This document shows, piece after piece, positions 45,442 to 61,200 of a stretch of DNA of 64,000 nucleotides. The notes under the pieces are model-generated. The model ran no database searches and was not told the origin of the DNA. It saw only the letters and a program-made list of their open reading frames with translations. Numbering within the stretch: the first letter of the stretch is position 1; the number at the start of each line of letters is the position of its first letter. The stretch is from Bugula neritina (taxonomy: Eukaryota; Animalia; Bryozoa), in assembly GCA_964035545.1 (NCBI GenBank), contig OZ037772.1, positions 3,873,538 through 3,937,537 of the forward strand, written 5' to 3'. The position numbers were made by a program, and so were the translations under genes.

Positions 45442-48400
45442 ATAGCACTGATATTGACGTGACCGTGGCGCATGAAAAATCTGAAAGAAGAGTTGTCTTC
45501 TTTTTTTCTATATTAATATATAGAGCTTGTCGTGAAAATAAAGATTTTTAAAAAAAATATTGTGACCCTCTGGTAACTTCCAGAATTTAGAAAATTGGCT
45601 CATATATTTCCTTTCATGTGGACAACAGCTCACTTTTTTTTAAATTTATTTTGAAGCTCCTTTCGTAAAAAATATTTAAAAGTAAAAAATCCAAATTTTT
45701 TACAAATTGGTTCGGGGCTTGATGTGAAAGGCATTTAGACGAAGATGTCAAGGTCACCATTAATAAATTTATTTTATCACAATACTGCACGGAAAGTTAA
45801 TGAAGTGAGCTGAAAATTAGGTTGCTAGCATATTGATATACATTATATTGATTGTTGCAGTATTATTTTTTAAATTTGTTTTATCAGTTATGTTTAACTT
45901 CTTCATAGAGCTGCTGTTAGACTAAGAGTAAGACATAATATTAGCAACAAAGATAATAATATTAAATTATTATTAAATTCACGAAGAAGTATCACCATCA
46001 CTATGACTATGAGTATGACTATGACTATCACTATGAGTGTCGTAATCGTATAAATTAATTATGAGTATGAGTATCACTATGACATTAACTCAATCAGTGA
46101 TTGACTAATACTGTGAATATGACTATGCATAACTCAATGAGAATATCAATATGAATATGGCTTCTAATTCTTGTAACTTTAACTTTTGACTATGACGATG
46201 CTGATACTGATAGTGATAATCACTGCCAGCCCAAGTCTCATACTCATAGCGATACTATTACTATTGTTTATTAGTATTAATAATTAGTATTACTATTAGT
46301 ACAACCACTAGTATTACTCATAGTTCTGTTAATGATGCAGATGATAGTTTTAGAAGTTCTACTTCTACTTTTATAGTACGCTAGATTGTATATGTTGAAC
46401 TCTACTCATTTTTTACTACTAATGCTAATACTAATAGTAATAGTAATAGTGATTATAGTTGTTATAATGATAATAATACTAATAGTAATAATAACTATTT
46501 AAATTTGATAATATATGTTTTACAACAGCATTATCACTTATCAATTACATTGGTTCATAATATGCTTATTTTAATTTTGCTTTGTGTGTTTTGTCCTGTT
46601 ATAAAATTAAGTTCGTATGGTTATTTAATGAACTAGAGAACTAGCCAAATGTTATGTAACAGTTGCAATAATTTACTATAAACTCAGTGAAATTTAAAAC
46701 CTAATTGATATTACTATGACATTGATTGTACAGAGGTAGCTAAAATATACATTAAATTACCAATAATTTTAACTCGCCAATACACTATGAGTAGAACAAT
46801 CAAATGCAATGATAAAAAATTAATTAGTCATAGCAGCCCGTTGCTTGAAGAACATCGAGCTACAGGTCTAAAATGATGTAGTTTTGTGATCCATTACATA
46901 ACAAAATAATTTTTTTCAAACTGGTTTAATACTTTTATTATGAACACGCTTATCAAAGTAACATGTTTGTGATGTATATTCTATTAAAAAAGCAATCACA
47001 TCAGGTTTTCAATTTGTATGTTGTACAATGTTTATTATGGTGACAAGTTACTAAATCATATGGTTCAGCTTTGTAAAGTAAAGCTGATAAAATAAATACA
47101 AGTATGTGATTGTTTTACTGCTATATATTAAATTTAAATGAGTTGAATAATATCCTAGTGCAGTGAATTAGATATTTTTTAGCTTTGGTACACCTGTTTG
47201 TTATAGGCTAACATTCCACCAATAGAAGAATGGTGCAAGTAGAAGAAATTTCAGGCGCAGAAAGCTAAGGAGCAGTCAGAATGCTGCCAGAGTTGTGAAG
47301 AGGCACTTAAAAAAGCTGAATTTCAATAATGACATGACATTCGTAACATATCACCCTGGTGTATTTGAACTGACATGGCCAGCAGAGTTCTTGAAGTCAC
47401 ATTCAACAGCTATTTACATCATCATGGTTAGCTTAAATTTAATTCCTATATCAGTCTCTAATATATAGTTTGATATCTGCTGTAAATTCGCTTAAGAAGC
47501 ATACACATAACCAAAACTGAGTTACACTATAGTATTTGTTCTTGAATATATTTACCAAGATAAGTAGATTTGCTAATTCATTAACAGTAAAATTATAATG
47601 ATACAACAATTTTTCTTTTAGATGATTCAATCAATAACACAAGACACTACAACATGGTTTTGCAGTTATAGAGTATTAATTTTCTGGCTCTTTCCAAATC
47701 TTCATAGAAGGCAAAGAAAACCACCGTCAGCTTGCCTTTATAACTGAGTGCAAGCTTCTTCCACCTACAGATGATGATAAACAATTTGCTGATGTGGAAC
47801 TTTCTAATTTTGTTTACAATGAAGATAGATTATAGGACATTATTCTTTATGTAAAGATTGTCAAGTTTTGTTATAATTAAGAACAGTTTTAGTTTCAATA
47901 AATCAGTTCAACATTATGGACATCATTGCACAAACATTTTAATCTTTACTACCTACAAAGGTATCTGATGGACTACTTGAAAATACAAAACTATGCTCCA
48001 GATACACAATGAACTGACCAGCAAAGTTAAAATGAGTTGGAGATGTAGAACATAATATCTTGTTCAAGGCTTTTCCCTGCTGTTGGAACCTTCTACTTCA
48101 GAACACTGAATTGAACAAACATATGTAGATATATAAAACTTTGCAAACAATGATAATGTGAAATTAGTTGCTAAGTATCACATTGCTAATAAATACAGCG
48201 TTGTGTAATGTTTTATTTAATTTTTTTTTGAGCCATTTGATCTATAGGCCCGCATAGTATTTACTATATTATAACTAATAAATTGCAGACACATTATGTC
48301 AGACCAGTCTCCATTTAAATAGAATCGTGTAGGCTATCAAATTTGTAGAAGTAAAAAACCGCATTCTTATCGAGTAAAATACTTACCTTTTTTTTCATGA

Positions 48401-51400
48401 TGCCTCTACTGCTAAAAAGAGAAGTTTTTATCAATACATCTCCATCAATCTGCATCCTGATGAAGCTAGTAGTTTAGGAACATTTGTGGCGGGAGTGTAG
48501 GCTGAGCTGCAGTATAGGAAGAACCCCAACATATGTAATTTATTCAGCACATTATATGTATTGTAGAAATTTATTCAAAAAAGAATTTAGAAAATGCTTT
48601 ATGAAGTATGAACAAAGTAAAAATTAATGCTGGTGAAAGTAATATTATTACACCCATTAGAGTTACTAGCAGCTATAGCATTAAAATTATGTATTTTTAT
48701 AAAATGTGTCTAATTTATGCTACAAAGTTATTACTGCCAAAGGTTACAAAATTTACCAGTCGCATTCATGCAGCTGATGGAGAATAACTAACCTTTACAT
48801 GCAATAAATACAATTAGTAGCTCAATCTAAAACTAATGTTAGGAGTATAAGTTATAGTTATTCTAAGGAATAATTGCAAAAAAAGTTACTTAGAGGAATT
48901 TAACTCTTATTATAATGTAATTATCTTCCAAGATATATTACAACATCACTACTTGGATGCATACAATGTCATATTTATATTGGCATCAACATAATTTTCA
49001 ATAATTTCCAATCTATTAACTTGAGCATTATGATTGTGATTATTTTATAAATAAGGCGATGATTAGGCACTGTTGGTATTTTGGTTCAATTTATTTATAG
49101 CTGTAACAGGCAGAGTTGTAAATATAATGGATATATCAAAATTCCAATGGGTATAGTACTCTAACACAACATTGATACTAAGTCTAATAATTGTAGTCAC
49201 TCACTTTTAGAGTTAGTGAATGATGATACAGTCATAACAATTTGAATATCAATCAGCATTAGAGATAGACAGACTGCTTTATAATACTATAGTTATTATG
49301 TCAAATTGAATTTATTCACTATAACTAAAAAAATTATGATTATAATTATAAATTAAAATAATTTAAATATTATATAATATATTGATAATTATTGGAATCA
49401 TAATTATATTTATTGTTATGATCATTATGATTATAATTATTTAATATTATCTTTATGTTTGTATTTAAAGTTGCTCCTTAAATCTAAAGTTGTTTAAGTT
49501 TTATAAATTTATTATAAATATATTACTGCATAAGTATTGCTATTACTATTAGTATTAGTATAATTAAATTATTATAATTTATATTTTATTATTTATATTT
49601 ATTTTACTTTTTATTTCAAGACCAACAGTTCAAATTAATACTTGTGTCGTTTGCTTTATATTATAACTTATAAGTATAACTATTAACATAATAATATTAG
49701 ATTTGCTATTAGTATTACTATGAATATAAATATTTATGTTAATATAGCTATCGGTATAACTTATACTTATAGTTATAACTAATATTACAAGTATTACTAT
49801 TACTGTATTACTATTAGTTTCGAAACTGATCCTGCTCCGTAACAATAACATACTGATAGTGATACTGTTATATGATTATCATTATGACTAATAATGGTAT
49901 TATTAAATAAAACCATTGAATATTATTAATAATAGTTCACCAATACTAATAGGCGATAGTCATAGACTTAGAGTGAGAGTCATAGACATAGACTAGTGAT
50001 ACTCATACTGATTGTCATACTCATAGTGATACTCATACTCATACTGTGATTCACTGATTCAATTACAAATTTTAAAACTTGGTTTTACGTAGACAACTAC
50101 TAACCTATAGTTCATCACAAAACGGTTGAAAATCATCATTAACTGCATATTTAAGAGTAATTTTCTGGTAGTGTGGTCGACATGATAATTGAAATTAAAA
50201 TAGGAAAAATAATTATTTTGTGATTTACAGCAAGTTACAAACTAGCGAAATGGAATAGTCCATTTGAAAACAGTCAAATTAGTTACCTTTCTTGATGTTG
50301 CGTAGCTAACGTTAGTTATTAGTAGCCGCCCGAAGAGTAACATTCATGATTTGAGCTACGAATAACGAGAATCTGTGACAAACCCGCTTCTTAATAACTT
50401 TACGCGATATAAACTCACGCTACAATAGGGCTATTTTGCCATCCCCACGTCAGAATAGGACACGAAGGGCAAGCTCGCGGGCAAGTCTGGGCAAGTCTAA
50501 GACACCTAATATGACCACTTTTACTTGCATTTTTGTAGTGTTTTCGTATAAGAAATTGGATAAAATGCTAATAAAACAGTTGAAAAGCATGCAAACTTTT
50601 GCTCAAATGTAATAAATAACCTGGAAGCTTACGGCCTTTAAGAGCATCATTTTTGAAATGCAGACAAATTCTTACACAAACTTTGCACCTGGTCACTACT
50701 GATTCGGTGCGATCTTCAGAACAACAATAATGGTGACAGACAGTAAGCGTACCGCATGATAGTTTGAAAAATCTGTAAGTTTATAAATTTATATTGCAGT
50801 TGCTTGTAGATAGTGCTAGTATATTAATAGTGATAAATTGATTTATAATTATGTTTTATTGTTATACTATTGTACTTGTAGCCTATATATATATATATGG
50901 AATAATTAACATAAGCATTAGCATTAAAATTATTTATTGATGTTTAGTATATTCATATTGATATTCATATTGACTTTCACTTTAACAATAACTTGAACTT
51001 CAATTGTATAAGTACTTTATTTTTTTTTTGTTTAATTTTTTTTTTTCTTAGCAAATTTATTTTTTTAATAGTAAAAACTGCGAGCTCATTTAGGTGCAGA
51101 ACACTTTAATAGCCCATGTTGTTTAATTTTCAAAATACATTTTGGTTGAAGGCATGGGTTAAAAGTGTTACTAGAACATAACTTCTTTTGTTATTGATAT
51201 ACTCTAAAACATAAACTTTTCTTTTTTTTTGAACGCCCTATTAGTTCAAACTCTTCCCAAACCAAAATGTATTAGGAAAATCAATGGACTTGGGCTACTA
51301 AACTGCATAGTTCACCGCTGCAACTTAATATTCTTCTCAACATCTGTTTCACTCTTATTAATAGTGTGGACAGAACCTTTCTCAGGCCTTACCTTAGCTG

Positions 51401-51689
51401 GCTCGGACCTGGCTAAAGTACATAAATAGTAAGTGCTAACGTACATATATGTAGTAACTATGTAGTAACTACAGCCGACACCGCCAGAATCTTATGTCAT
51501 CCAATCAGGATCAGCTCCATGTATATAAGCAATGCCTTGTGGCGCCCACATGCAGTCTTGGACAGTGTTAGTAGATAACTAGGTTGACGATATGTAGTGC
51601 AAAAAACTACAGCAATAATACTGACAAAATAATATACCAAGCAAACTATATAGTATAATACAATATATAGTATACATGCTATGGTCATA

Positions 51690-52516
<827 letters not shown>

Positions 52517-52570
52517 AAATACTCTATGTTTCGAAATATTGAGTTCTTTTGATTCATTTTTAATTATAGA

Positions 52571-52777
<207 letters not shown>

Positions 52778-52971
52778 CTATGTAATTGATTAACAATACA
52801 TTTCTCTTGTTAAATGATCAACTTGTTCGGTTCTTCACATAACCTAACAGTGAACATGCAATAACTACCAGCACACAATAACAGCCAACTTAGTAGTGTA
52901 CAAAACTACAACACCACATACATAGTGAGTGGCAGACTGTTGATAGTTTATAATGCTAAATTGAGAAAACA

Positions 52972-53687
52972 TTACACTGTAGTGTTACACTGTAGTGTTA
53001 CACTGTAGTGTTACACTGTAGTGTTACACTGTAGTGATATACTGTAGTGTTATACTGTAGTGTTACACTGTAGTGTTATACTGTAGTGTTAGCCTAGGGC
53101 CACACGGCGCGTATTTTCGCATGCGAAAATTGAAATCACAAGTAGCAAAGGTGTCCACTGTAGCGTCAGTGATGCGTGATAAATAAAGCTTTCATTTTTA
53201 AATCGCACTCGCTTTCAATAAAACGCAATTTACTGGAATGTAGCACTAAATAAAGAAATTGGGCTCGCTGAATAACTATCAGCCAATTAGGTGACGACGA
53301 CAGAGACGATTCGCACTTGCGTTGAAAATGCAAAGCGACAAGTGCGAAGGTTTTCTCAACGCGCACAGTGGACACCTTTGCTACTTGTGATTTCAATTTT
53401 CGCATGCGAAAATACGCACAGTGTGGCCCTAGGCTCATACTGTAGTGTTACACTTTAGTGTTATACTGTAGTGTTATACTGTGTTGGTATACTGTGTTGT
53501 TATACTGTAGTGTTATACTGTAGTGTTATACTGCAGTGTTCTACTGTAGTGTTATACTGTAGTGTTATACTGTAGTGTTATACTGTAGTGTTATACTGTG
53601 TTGGTATACTGTAGTGTTATACTGTGTTGGTATACTGTAGTGTTATACTGTAGTGTTATACTGTAGTGTTCTACTGTAGTGTTCTAC
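52972..53687. repeat. 13-bp tandem repeat (GTGTTAYACTGTA)n, interrupted by a MITE
   Basis: Direct reading. Confidence 0.92.
53092..53434. mobile_element. MITE with ~70-bp TIRs (PIF/Harbinger-like)
   Basis: GCCTAGGGCCACAC..GCGTATTTTCGCATGCGAAAATTGAAATCACAAGTAGCAAAGGTGTCCACTGT and its inverse; flanks TTA/TCA fit a 3-bp TSD within the satellite unit. Confidence 0.85.
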
Positions 53688-56278
53688 AATCTCCTTTTAG
53701 ATTACAAGAAGAATCTTCCTTATTGTGTACATCAGAAAAGTACTGAGACTGATTAGAATGCAAGGGATTCATGCTCCATCACCTTCTGCTACTGGTGAGT
53801 CAGTCATTATAGAATGTTCTAGATCAGACCTAAGCCTATGCTCAACTACAGTAACTTAAAATATGCCCACAAACTACCGCACAGAGTGTACTAGGTGTTA
53901 TCATATGAAGTGGATTATCACACATATTGCTAAGGGAAGTTTTGTAATAGCATGGAAAACTGGGCGAAATGCTTGGAGTTTATGAAGTCAAAATGTGGAA
54001 CGAATAATGCAAAAAGTTTCTGCACATGCCAGTCATCCAAAAGGTCGATCTCTATCAAGGTCAAATAGCTGATAACATGGCAGGAAAACTAGTTGATTAT
54101 TACATAAAGTAAATATCCAGTGAACTGTTACTGCTTGCTGTACAATACTGTCTCATGCTTTCTATCAAACAGTACATTAGCACTGCTACAAGTCATAGCA
54201 AGGCTAGTAGTAAGAATATTATTTTAGCAGCTGGTCCAGAAGCAGAGAGGTTAAAAGATATTCTAGAGAAAAGTTGCCCATTGGAGAACAAAGGAGATGA
54301 TTCTAAAGACATGCTTCCTGATTACTGTGACTTTGGTACAGCAGAGTATAGGGCAAGGTGGGCACAACTTCTCAATATCAGATATAAATAGGTTAACTGG
54401 AGGATCTTCACTGATTAATGTTAAACTATGAAATAACGTGACTAATATAACTATTGTGTGTAATATAGTGTATTGTACATTGTGTTATTGTTTATTGTGT
54501 TATTGTATTGTAATAAGTTGCAATACATTGCAATGCATTGTGTTACCATGTATTGTATTATATTGTATTGTATTATATATTGCATTATATTGTAATGCAT
54601 TGTGTTACATTGTATTGTATTGTACCATAATGTAATTGTAGTGCATTTTAATTCATTATAGTACACTGTCATCTAATGAATAGTATTGCATAAACACGTC
54701 AATATTACTTCAATGAACAATAAGTATATTTATAAATTGTGGTGTTAATGTATTTTCTTACATTTTCTGTGTTATATTGCAATGTATCTTACTGTACTGT
54801 ATTATGAGGTATATTGTGTTTTGAGTAATTGTAATGAGATTGTATTGCATTCAAATGTAAAATAATTATTGCATTGTATTTATCAACAAACTTGCTTAAT
54901 TTATTAAATATAAATTACGTAAACAATATCTTCCTTATAGTCTACGAAATGATGTCATAATATTATATACTGTGAATAATTATATTATATACTGTGAGTT
55001 ATTATATTATATACTATGAGTTATTATATTAGGTTCCTAGTTAAGCTTCCAGGCTACGTTACATCCAGAGCCTTTGCAGACACGCTGCCTACAGCTCAGA
55101 CACATGCAGACACTTGGCAATAGCTGCCAGTGAACTGATTCACTAGTGAAATAATATTGATAGTGTCATCCATGTGTCATGTTAGATTATTGGTATAATG
55201 AAGTTACATCAGTGATGATTAAATTTACTAGTCAGCCTAGTTCACAATAATGCCTTTGCTGTCTATTTCTCTACATTCTTTACATTGCACAACATTGCTT
55301 GTCTATTTCTTTAAACCTCTACATTATAGCCTACGGCATTCATAGTCTGTTGCATTAGATATGAAGTCATAGAATATAAAAGAACCACGTTCTCATGAGT
55401 CTCACACAAGTTCTGATTGGTTCTTGTGAATCTCACACAACCACTGATTGGTCTCGCTACCTGTCTAATTACAAATATTGACAGAAGAAGACTTTAACTA
55501 ACTGAAACTCTATCTCTATATTGATAATCTGCTTTAGTAAAAAGTGAGTACCTGAGGTGGAGAGAGCCAGTTCTCAGGAAGCTGATTATAGAGAGGGCTG
55601 AGGGAGCTGATTTTGTGCCAGTCTTGGAGACAGAGCAGGTTTTGGCCGGGACGGCTTTGAGAGTAACAATCAACGTGACAGCGGAGTTTGAAAGTCATCA
55701 ACTTGAAGTGAGTGTGGATGCTTACCCACGTCTGCTGATTGTAAACGAGTGTAGAGTTTTATTTACTGGGAGGTGGTTTGTTTTACCCCCTCATAAGTGC
55801 AGAGGGGTGACTTTTCAGTCTCATTGAAACAGTTGACTTAGTTTATACAAAGCACTCTCAATGCACTTTTCTAGAATATTATATGTGGGACAAATATCTC
55901 TTTTGGGAAAAGTTTCTTGCTAAGTAGAAATTTTCTAGTAAGAGACAAATACGCTACAAAGTTATATAAAACATGTGTTATTGGAGGTGAAAAAGGTTTT
56001 ATTTTTTCTTTTTATCGTTATTTATTTACTGATTTTAGATATTTATTTTGAAAAGTTTTTGTCAACCACTGGGATTTTCTGTCCAATGCCATGCTAACAT
56101 GTTTATCTGATTGACAGGTGGGCGTGGCTTGGGTAGATGTGGGCGGAGTTGAACACAGGTTCCGGTGCGATACGGAAGGAAACAGATATGCTGTGAATGA
56201 CGAAGAGTATTTAACTTTCAACCAGATGGAGTACGTGAATCAGGATAACCAACTTGGTGTATGCTAACATCAGGTATA

Positions 56279-56385
56279 ATAATACTAGTAATACACATAA
56301 CAATACTAGTAACACACATGATAATACTAGTAATACACATGATAATACTAGTAACACACATGATAATACTAGTAATACACATGAT
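56279..56385. repeat. 21-bp tandem repeat (ATAATACTAGTAAYACACATG), about 5 copies
   Basis: Direct reading. Confidence 0.85.
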
Positions 56386-57165
56386 AGGGCTAATAATAAA
56401 TATTATGTCCAAAGCTTGAGGAGAAATCTGTGAACAAGTCAACAGTAGACATTGTGACATCCTTGGCAATTAAAATAACAAACTTCTTTATACCAACACT
56501 AGCTTGTCCTATTCTACTTTGAATACCCATATTATGAGTATCTGACGTATGTTTTACTAGGAAACAGAGGACTGTGTGGTGGTCTATGGAATAGAATACA
56601 TCTGTCTGAGAGTCCCAAACACTGATGCGGGCGGTGAGGTTGAGCAGTGTTACAAAGTCTGTACCTCTGAGGCTCGATGTCAAGGGATTCCAGGGTCCAC
56701 CTGCCACCTTAGTGAGTTGTCTTCTCACAGCATACAGTTTATTAGTGTGTGTGTGTAGCAAAAGGAATATTCATTGAAGTATGCTTATCAACTACTTAGT
56801 ATGCTGAAACAAATGTGGGTTTTTAGTGTATAAGTGCTTTCTGACTCTCATCAGTTTGTGTAATACAAGAACCCAGTAGAATCACTAAATTGGTATAACA
56901 TAGAGATATGTTCATCAGAAATGTACATGATGTAGCAGTGCAGCCCAATGAAGTCATTCGGAAAGTTAAATGATGTTCTTTTAGACATTGCTCTGTAGAA
57001 CTCAGAGTGAGCATGTGACATCCAGGTTCCGAGTGTATTACCATCAGTGGTGGAGACGAAGGAGGTTGTTGGTGTACAGGGGGTACTCACTACTACAACC
57101 AAGCTTGTGTACCTGACATGATTAGTAAGTGTGTTGTATCTACAGACAAGCAGAGTGACAGATGA

Positions 57166-57369
57166 ACTGACTGACTGACTGACTGACTGACTGACTGATT
57201 GACTGACTGACTGGCTGACTGGCTGATTGACTGACAAACTGACAGACTGACTGACTGACTTACTGACTGTCTGACTGACTGACTGACTGACTGCCTGACT
57301 GACTGACTGACTGACTGACTGACTGACTGACTGACTGACTGACTGACTGACTGACTGACTGACTGACTG
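57166..57369. repeat. (GACT)n microsatellite
   Basis: Direct reading. Confidence 0.95.
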
Positions 57370-58226
57370 GACAGACAGGCAGGTAAACAGATAGGTATAT
57401 ATCGATCACATTATATAGCGAAGCTACCAACTGAGACCCAGACTGTGTTTTGATTTAGCATATACTGGTATATGATATCTTTCTACAATGTGTTTACAGT
57501 TTACTCTACAAAGTATTGTTCCATCGGATGGACTCACTCTACTCATGTGTAAGACTCATCAGGAATGTCTACCCAATCAGATCTGTGTTAACGAGGTGTA
57601 CACACTGACGTGTAAAAGTGACTCTGAGTGTGCATCTAACCAAGTTAGATACTGCGTACATGTCTCTATCCTAGCAGCTAATTGCACGACCATATATGGA
57701 AGTATGCAATTGTATGTCCAAATATGGGAGTATTTATCTCTGTGGCCATATATGGTAGCGAATATCCTTGTGCATGTACATATTTGGCAATATGTATATC
57801 CGTGACCATATATGGTATGAACATATTTTATGACAAACTGTTTCTATGATGCATGTAGCTGTATGCGTTTTTATGACCATATTATATAACAGCAATGTGA
57901 ATAACAGTTGATGAATGTATGCATTTCTATGACCTTATAGCTGTATATTTCTTGATGACTGTATTTAGTAGTAAACTATCTCTTTGTTCATGATATAATA
58001 TCTATTAGGCAGATTTTCTATTACACATCAGGTCTACTCTGACAGTAGCCTGTATACATATAGATATCATTTACTGACTGAATGTTTTTCCTAACATCGC
58101 CCATAGCTTTTTTCGTGGCTCGAACCTATTATTTCGTGTTTACTAGGCAAAACCTTGAACCCCTAGACCATGTTTGTTGTATATTATATATTTATATGGG
58201 TGTCAGTGTGAAGTTCCGGTTTGTAG

Positions 58227-61200
58227 GAGAACCTGGTTTAATTGGACCACAGGGACCCAGCGGACGAGATGGAGAAGATGGAGCTCCTGGTTTACAGGTA
58301 TTTCACAAACTATTCTGAAACTCATACTTTTTTTGTTCATTGTTTATGTATTCTCCACCATGTTTTTACTAGAAGTAAACTTTAATTCAGTAATGAGTTT
58401 AAAATAAATTATTGTTTCACATTGTACAGTTTATTATTGCCTGAATCTTGTAATAAGAATATTGACAATATTAGAGCAGCAATGTGATTGGCTTAACAAT
58501 ACCAGAGCAGGGATTTGATTGGCTTAACAATATCAGTGCAGCGATGTGATTAGCTTTACAATATCAGAGCAGGGATGTGATTGGCTACTCTGTTCTGTTC
58601 TGCAGGGCTTCAGAGGAGACGAGGGGAAACGGGATTGCCCTGTGCTGTAGGAGATGCTGGAAAACCCGGACCTCAATGTCCAATGGGAGAGAGCCGGTCG
58701 ACTGGGCTCAAGAGATTCCTCGGACCAGTCGGTGGTCCTGGTAATCCTGACCTGCAAGAACCGAGGTTGGTGAATAGTATCTTTGTGGGGCTCACTGCTT
58801 GTGTGGGAGTTGTCTCCTCTGAAATATTTATAAGTGTAGCTTCCTTGCCTTGTGTTATCAGTTAGCCACGCCTAGGTGTTTCACAGTTTATTACAGGGTT
58901 GGGGTAATTGTAATTTGTAATTGTAATTGGTTGTATTTAATTACATTTTTCCAAGTAATTGAATGTAATTTGTGATTGATGTATAAAAATGTAATTGTAA
59001 TTGTAATTAATCACTTATCTAATGTAATTGATTTTAACAATTACTTTACAATTACATCTCAATTACTTCAACCTTTTAAATCTTATGAAATTCATTCTTT
59101 TTTAACATGCCTACTGTTAAATAACAAGTTCAGATTAAGTCAATGTAGTATAGTATCAGTGTTGAGAACAAAGGAGGTTCACCACTGTCAAAATTGCCCC
59201 TGCTAGTTGGACTCTAGAAGTGAAATTGCATAACTTCTATTTGTCCTTTGTGAGAACAAAAGTAATTGTAATTGTAATTAATTGCTTTACAATGTAATTT
59301 TGTAATGTAATAAATTACATTTATTTCAACTGTAATTATAATTGTAATTGACAAATTCTCATGTAATTGTAATTAATTACATTCACATGTAATTGACCCC
59401 AACAACCCTGGTTTCTTATGGAGCTCATACTTTTATTGTTCAAGGTCTAGATGTATTCTCCACCATGTTTTTACTAGAAGTGAACTTTATTTCAGTAATG
59501 AGTTTAAAATAAATTGTTGTTTGGCATTGTACAGTTTATTATTGCCTGAATATTGTAATAAGAATATTGACTGGCTTGACAGTATCAGAGTAGTGATGTG
59601 ATTGGCTACTCTGTTCTGTTCTGCAGGGCCATGCCTACTTGTATTACGTGTTAATCTTGTTTTGCAGTGAACAGAAAGGGATAATGGGTCCCAAAAGACA
59701 CCCGGGATCTTACAGAACTGATGGTGAGGAAGGGTTCACCCGATGTTGATGGCCTGCCTGGTATATCCGGCAATCCTGGAGATGCAGGAGAAAGGAGACC
59801 ACTTTGTTTTGCAGGAGATACCGGAGTTCTTGGAGAACCAGGTAATGCTTATGCTCAATTGAGTTCAATCTGTCAAGTTATGTTGGGATCTTTTTCGTTT
59901 TTGTTATTTTATGTTTGTTACGTGGAAAAAGGAAAAAAACTCTGTCTCGGAGCATTTTTGTCTTTTCAGAGGGCTTTGGATTATTTGATTATGGTCTACA
60001 CAGGGGTGTAGAGAGACTAAACTACACAGTGGTGTAGACAGACTAAACTACACAGTGGTGTAGACAGACTAAACCTACTACCCTGCATCATGCTGTCATG
60101 ACATCTCTATTCTCTCTTATAATTTGACTTTTATTTAGCGAGCAGATTTCTAGTGGGCTATTCTATAGTGGCCAGTCACACTGTTTATTATAGCAACAGA
60201 GAAATCAAGTTGAAAACTAGTGATGCTATCGCTGGGTGCTTACAGGTAAAGACGGAGTACCTGGACCTGTTGAGATAGGATATCAGGGCAAACAAGGAGA
60301 TCAAGGTCCTGCAGGTAAGAATGAGGAGTTACTCACCTTTGTTTGTGTATTTCTATTCTTTTTAGGTATTCTATAATATGCTGGGGTTTCCCTCAAAGCT
60401 ATGCTATATGCTGGAATTCCCCTCACACTTATGCTATATGCTGGGGTTCTCCTCACAGCTAGTCTGCACTAAGGCAGGGTGTAGGCTAAGTAATCATATT
60501 GAATCCCAGCAGTGCTTGTTACTTCAACTGACAGGATTACTATGTATGATAGTTACTCTGACTGCATTCTATGGATCATTTTTACCATACTGTTTGCCAC
60601 ATGATGCATTGTCTGAGTAAAAACAAGGAAACAAAGAAATATACCAGAAATGTTGAGAAATTTTGTGTTCCAGAATTAATAAATGACCACTTGTAATGCA
60701 TACTGGTGCTGCTTGGTTCATAGGACCTGTCGGACAAGCCGGAGAACCCGGTCTACATGGCAGAAATGAAAGACAGGAGAAACTGGACCAGCTGGTATGC
60801 CTGGTCCAACTGGCTCAAGGGGAGTGACTGGAGAACCCGGATCTGATGGAAGGTATTTTTGTGCTTTACTCTATTCAGCTTCTTAGAACTTTTTATCCAA
60901 TTGGGTTTTTGAAATTTGCCGCAATTTTCTCTGGGACGGTTTACCTGGAGTACCGGGTGCTGATGGTAGACCTGGGGAGCAGGGTGATCAAGGACCTCCT
61001 GACCCCATTGGTCCAGTGGGAATCCCCGGTAACCAGGGACCTGAAGGTGCTCAAGGAGACAAGGGTGATAAGGCAGGAACATTCTTTATTCAGTTTTCTA
61101 TTTATTTCAGGTCTCTGGTTTTCTACTAGTCAATCCTGTAGTTGTTTATTTGTTTTAGGTTATTTATGTTAATACTAGAGTTGCTTCAGTGACACCACAT

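Noticed and set aside
54430-54880. Cys/Tyr-rich ORFs
   Set aside because: Translations of a degenerate (TATTG)n low-complexity repeat.
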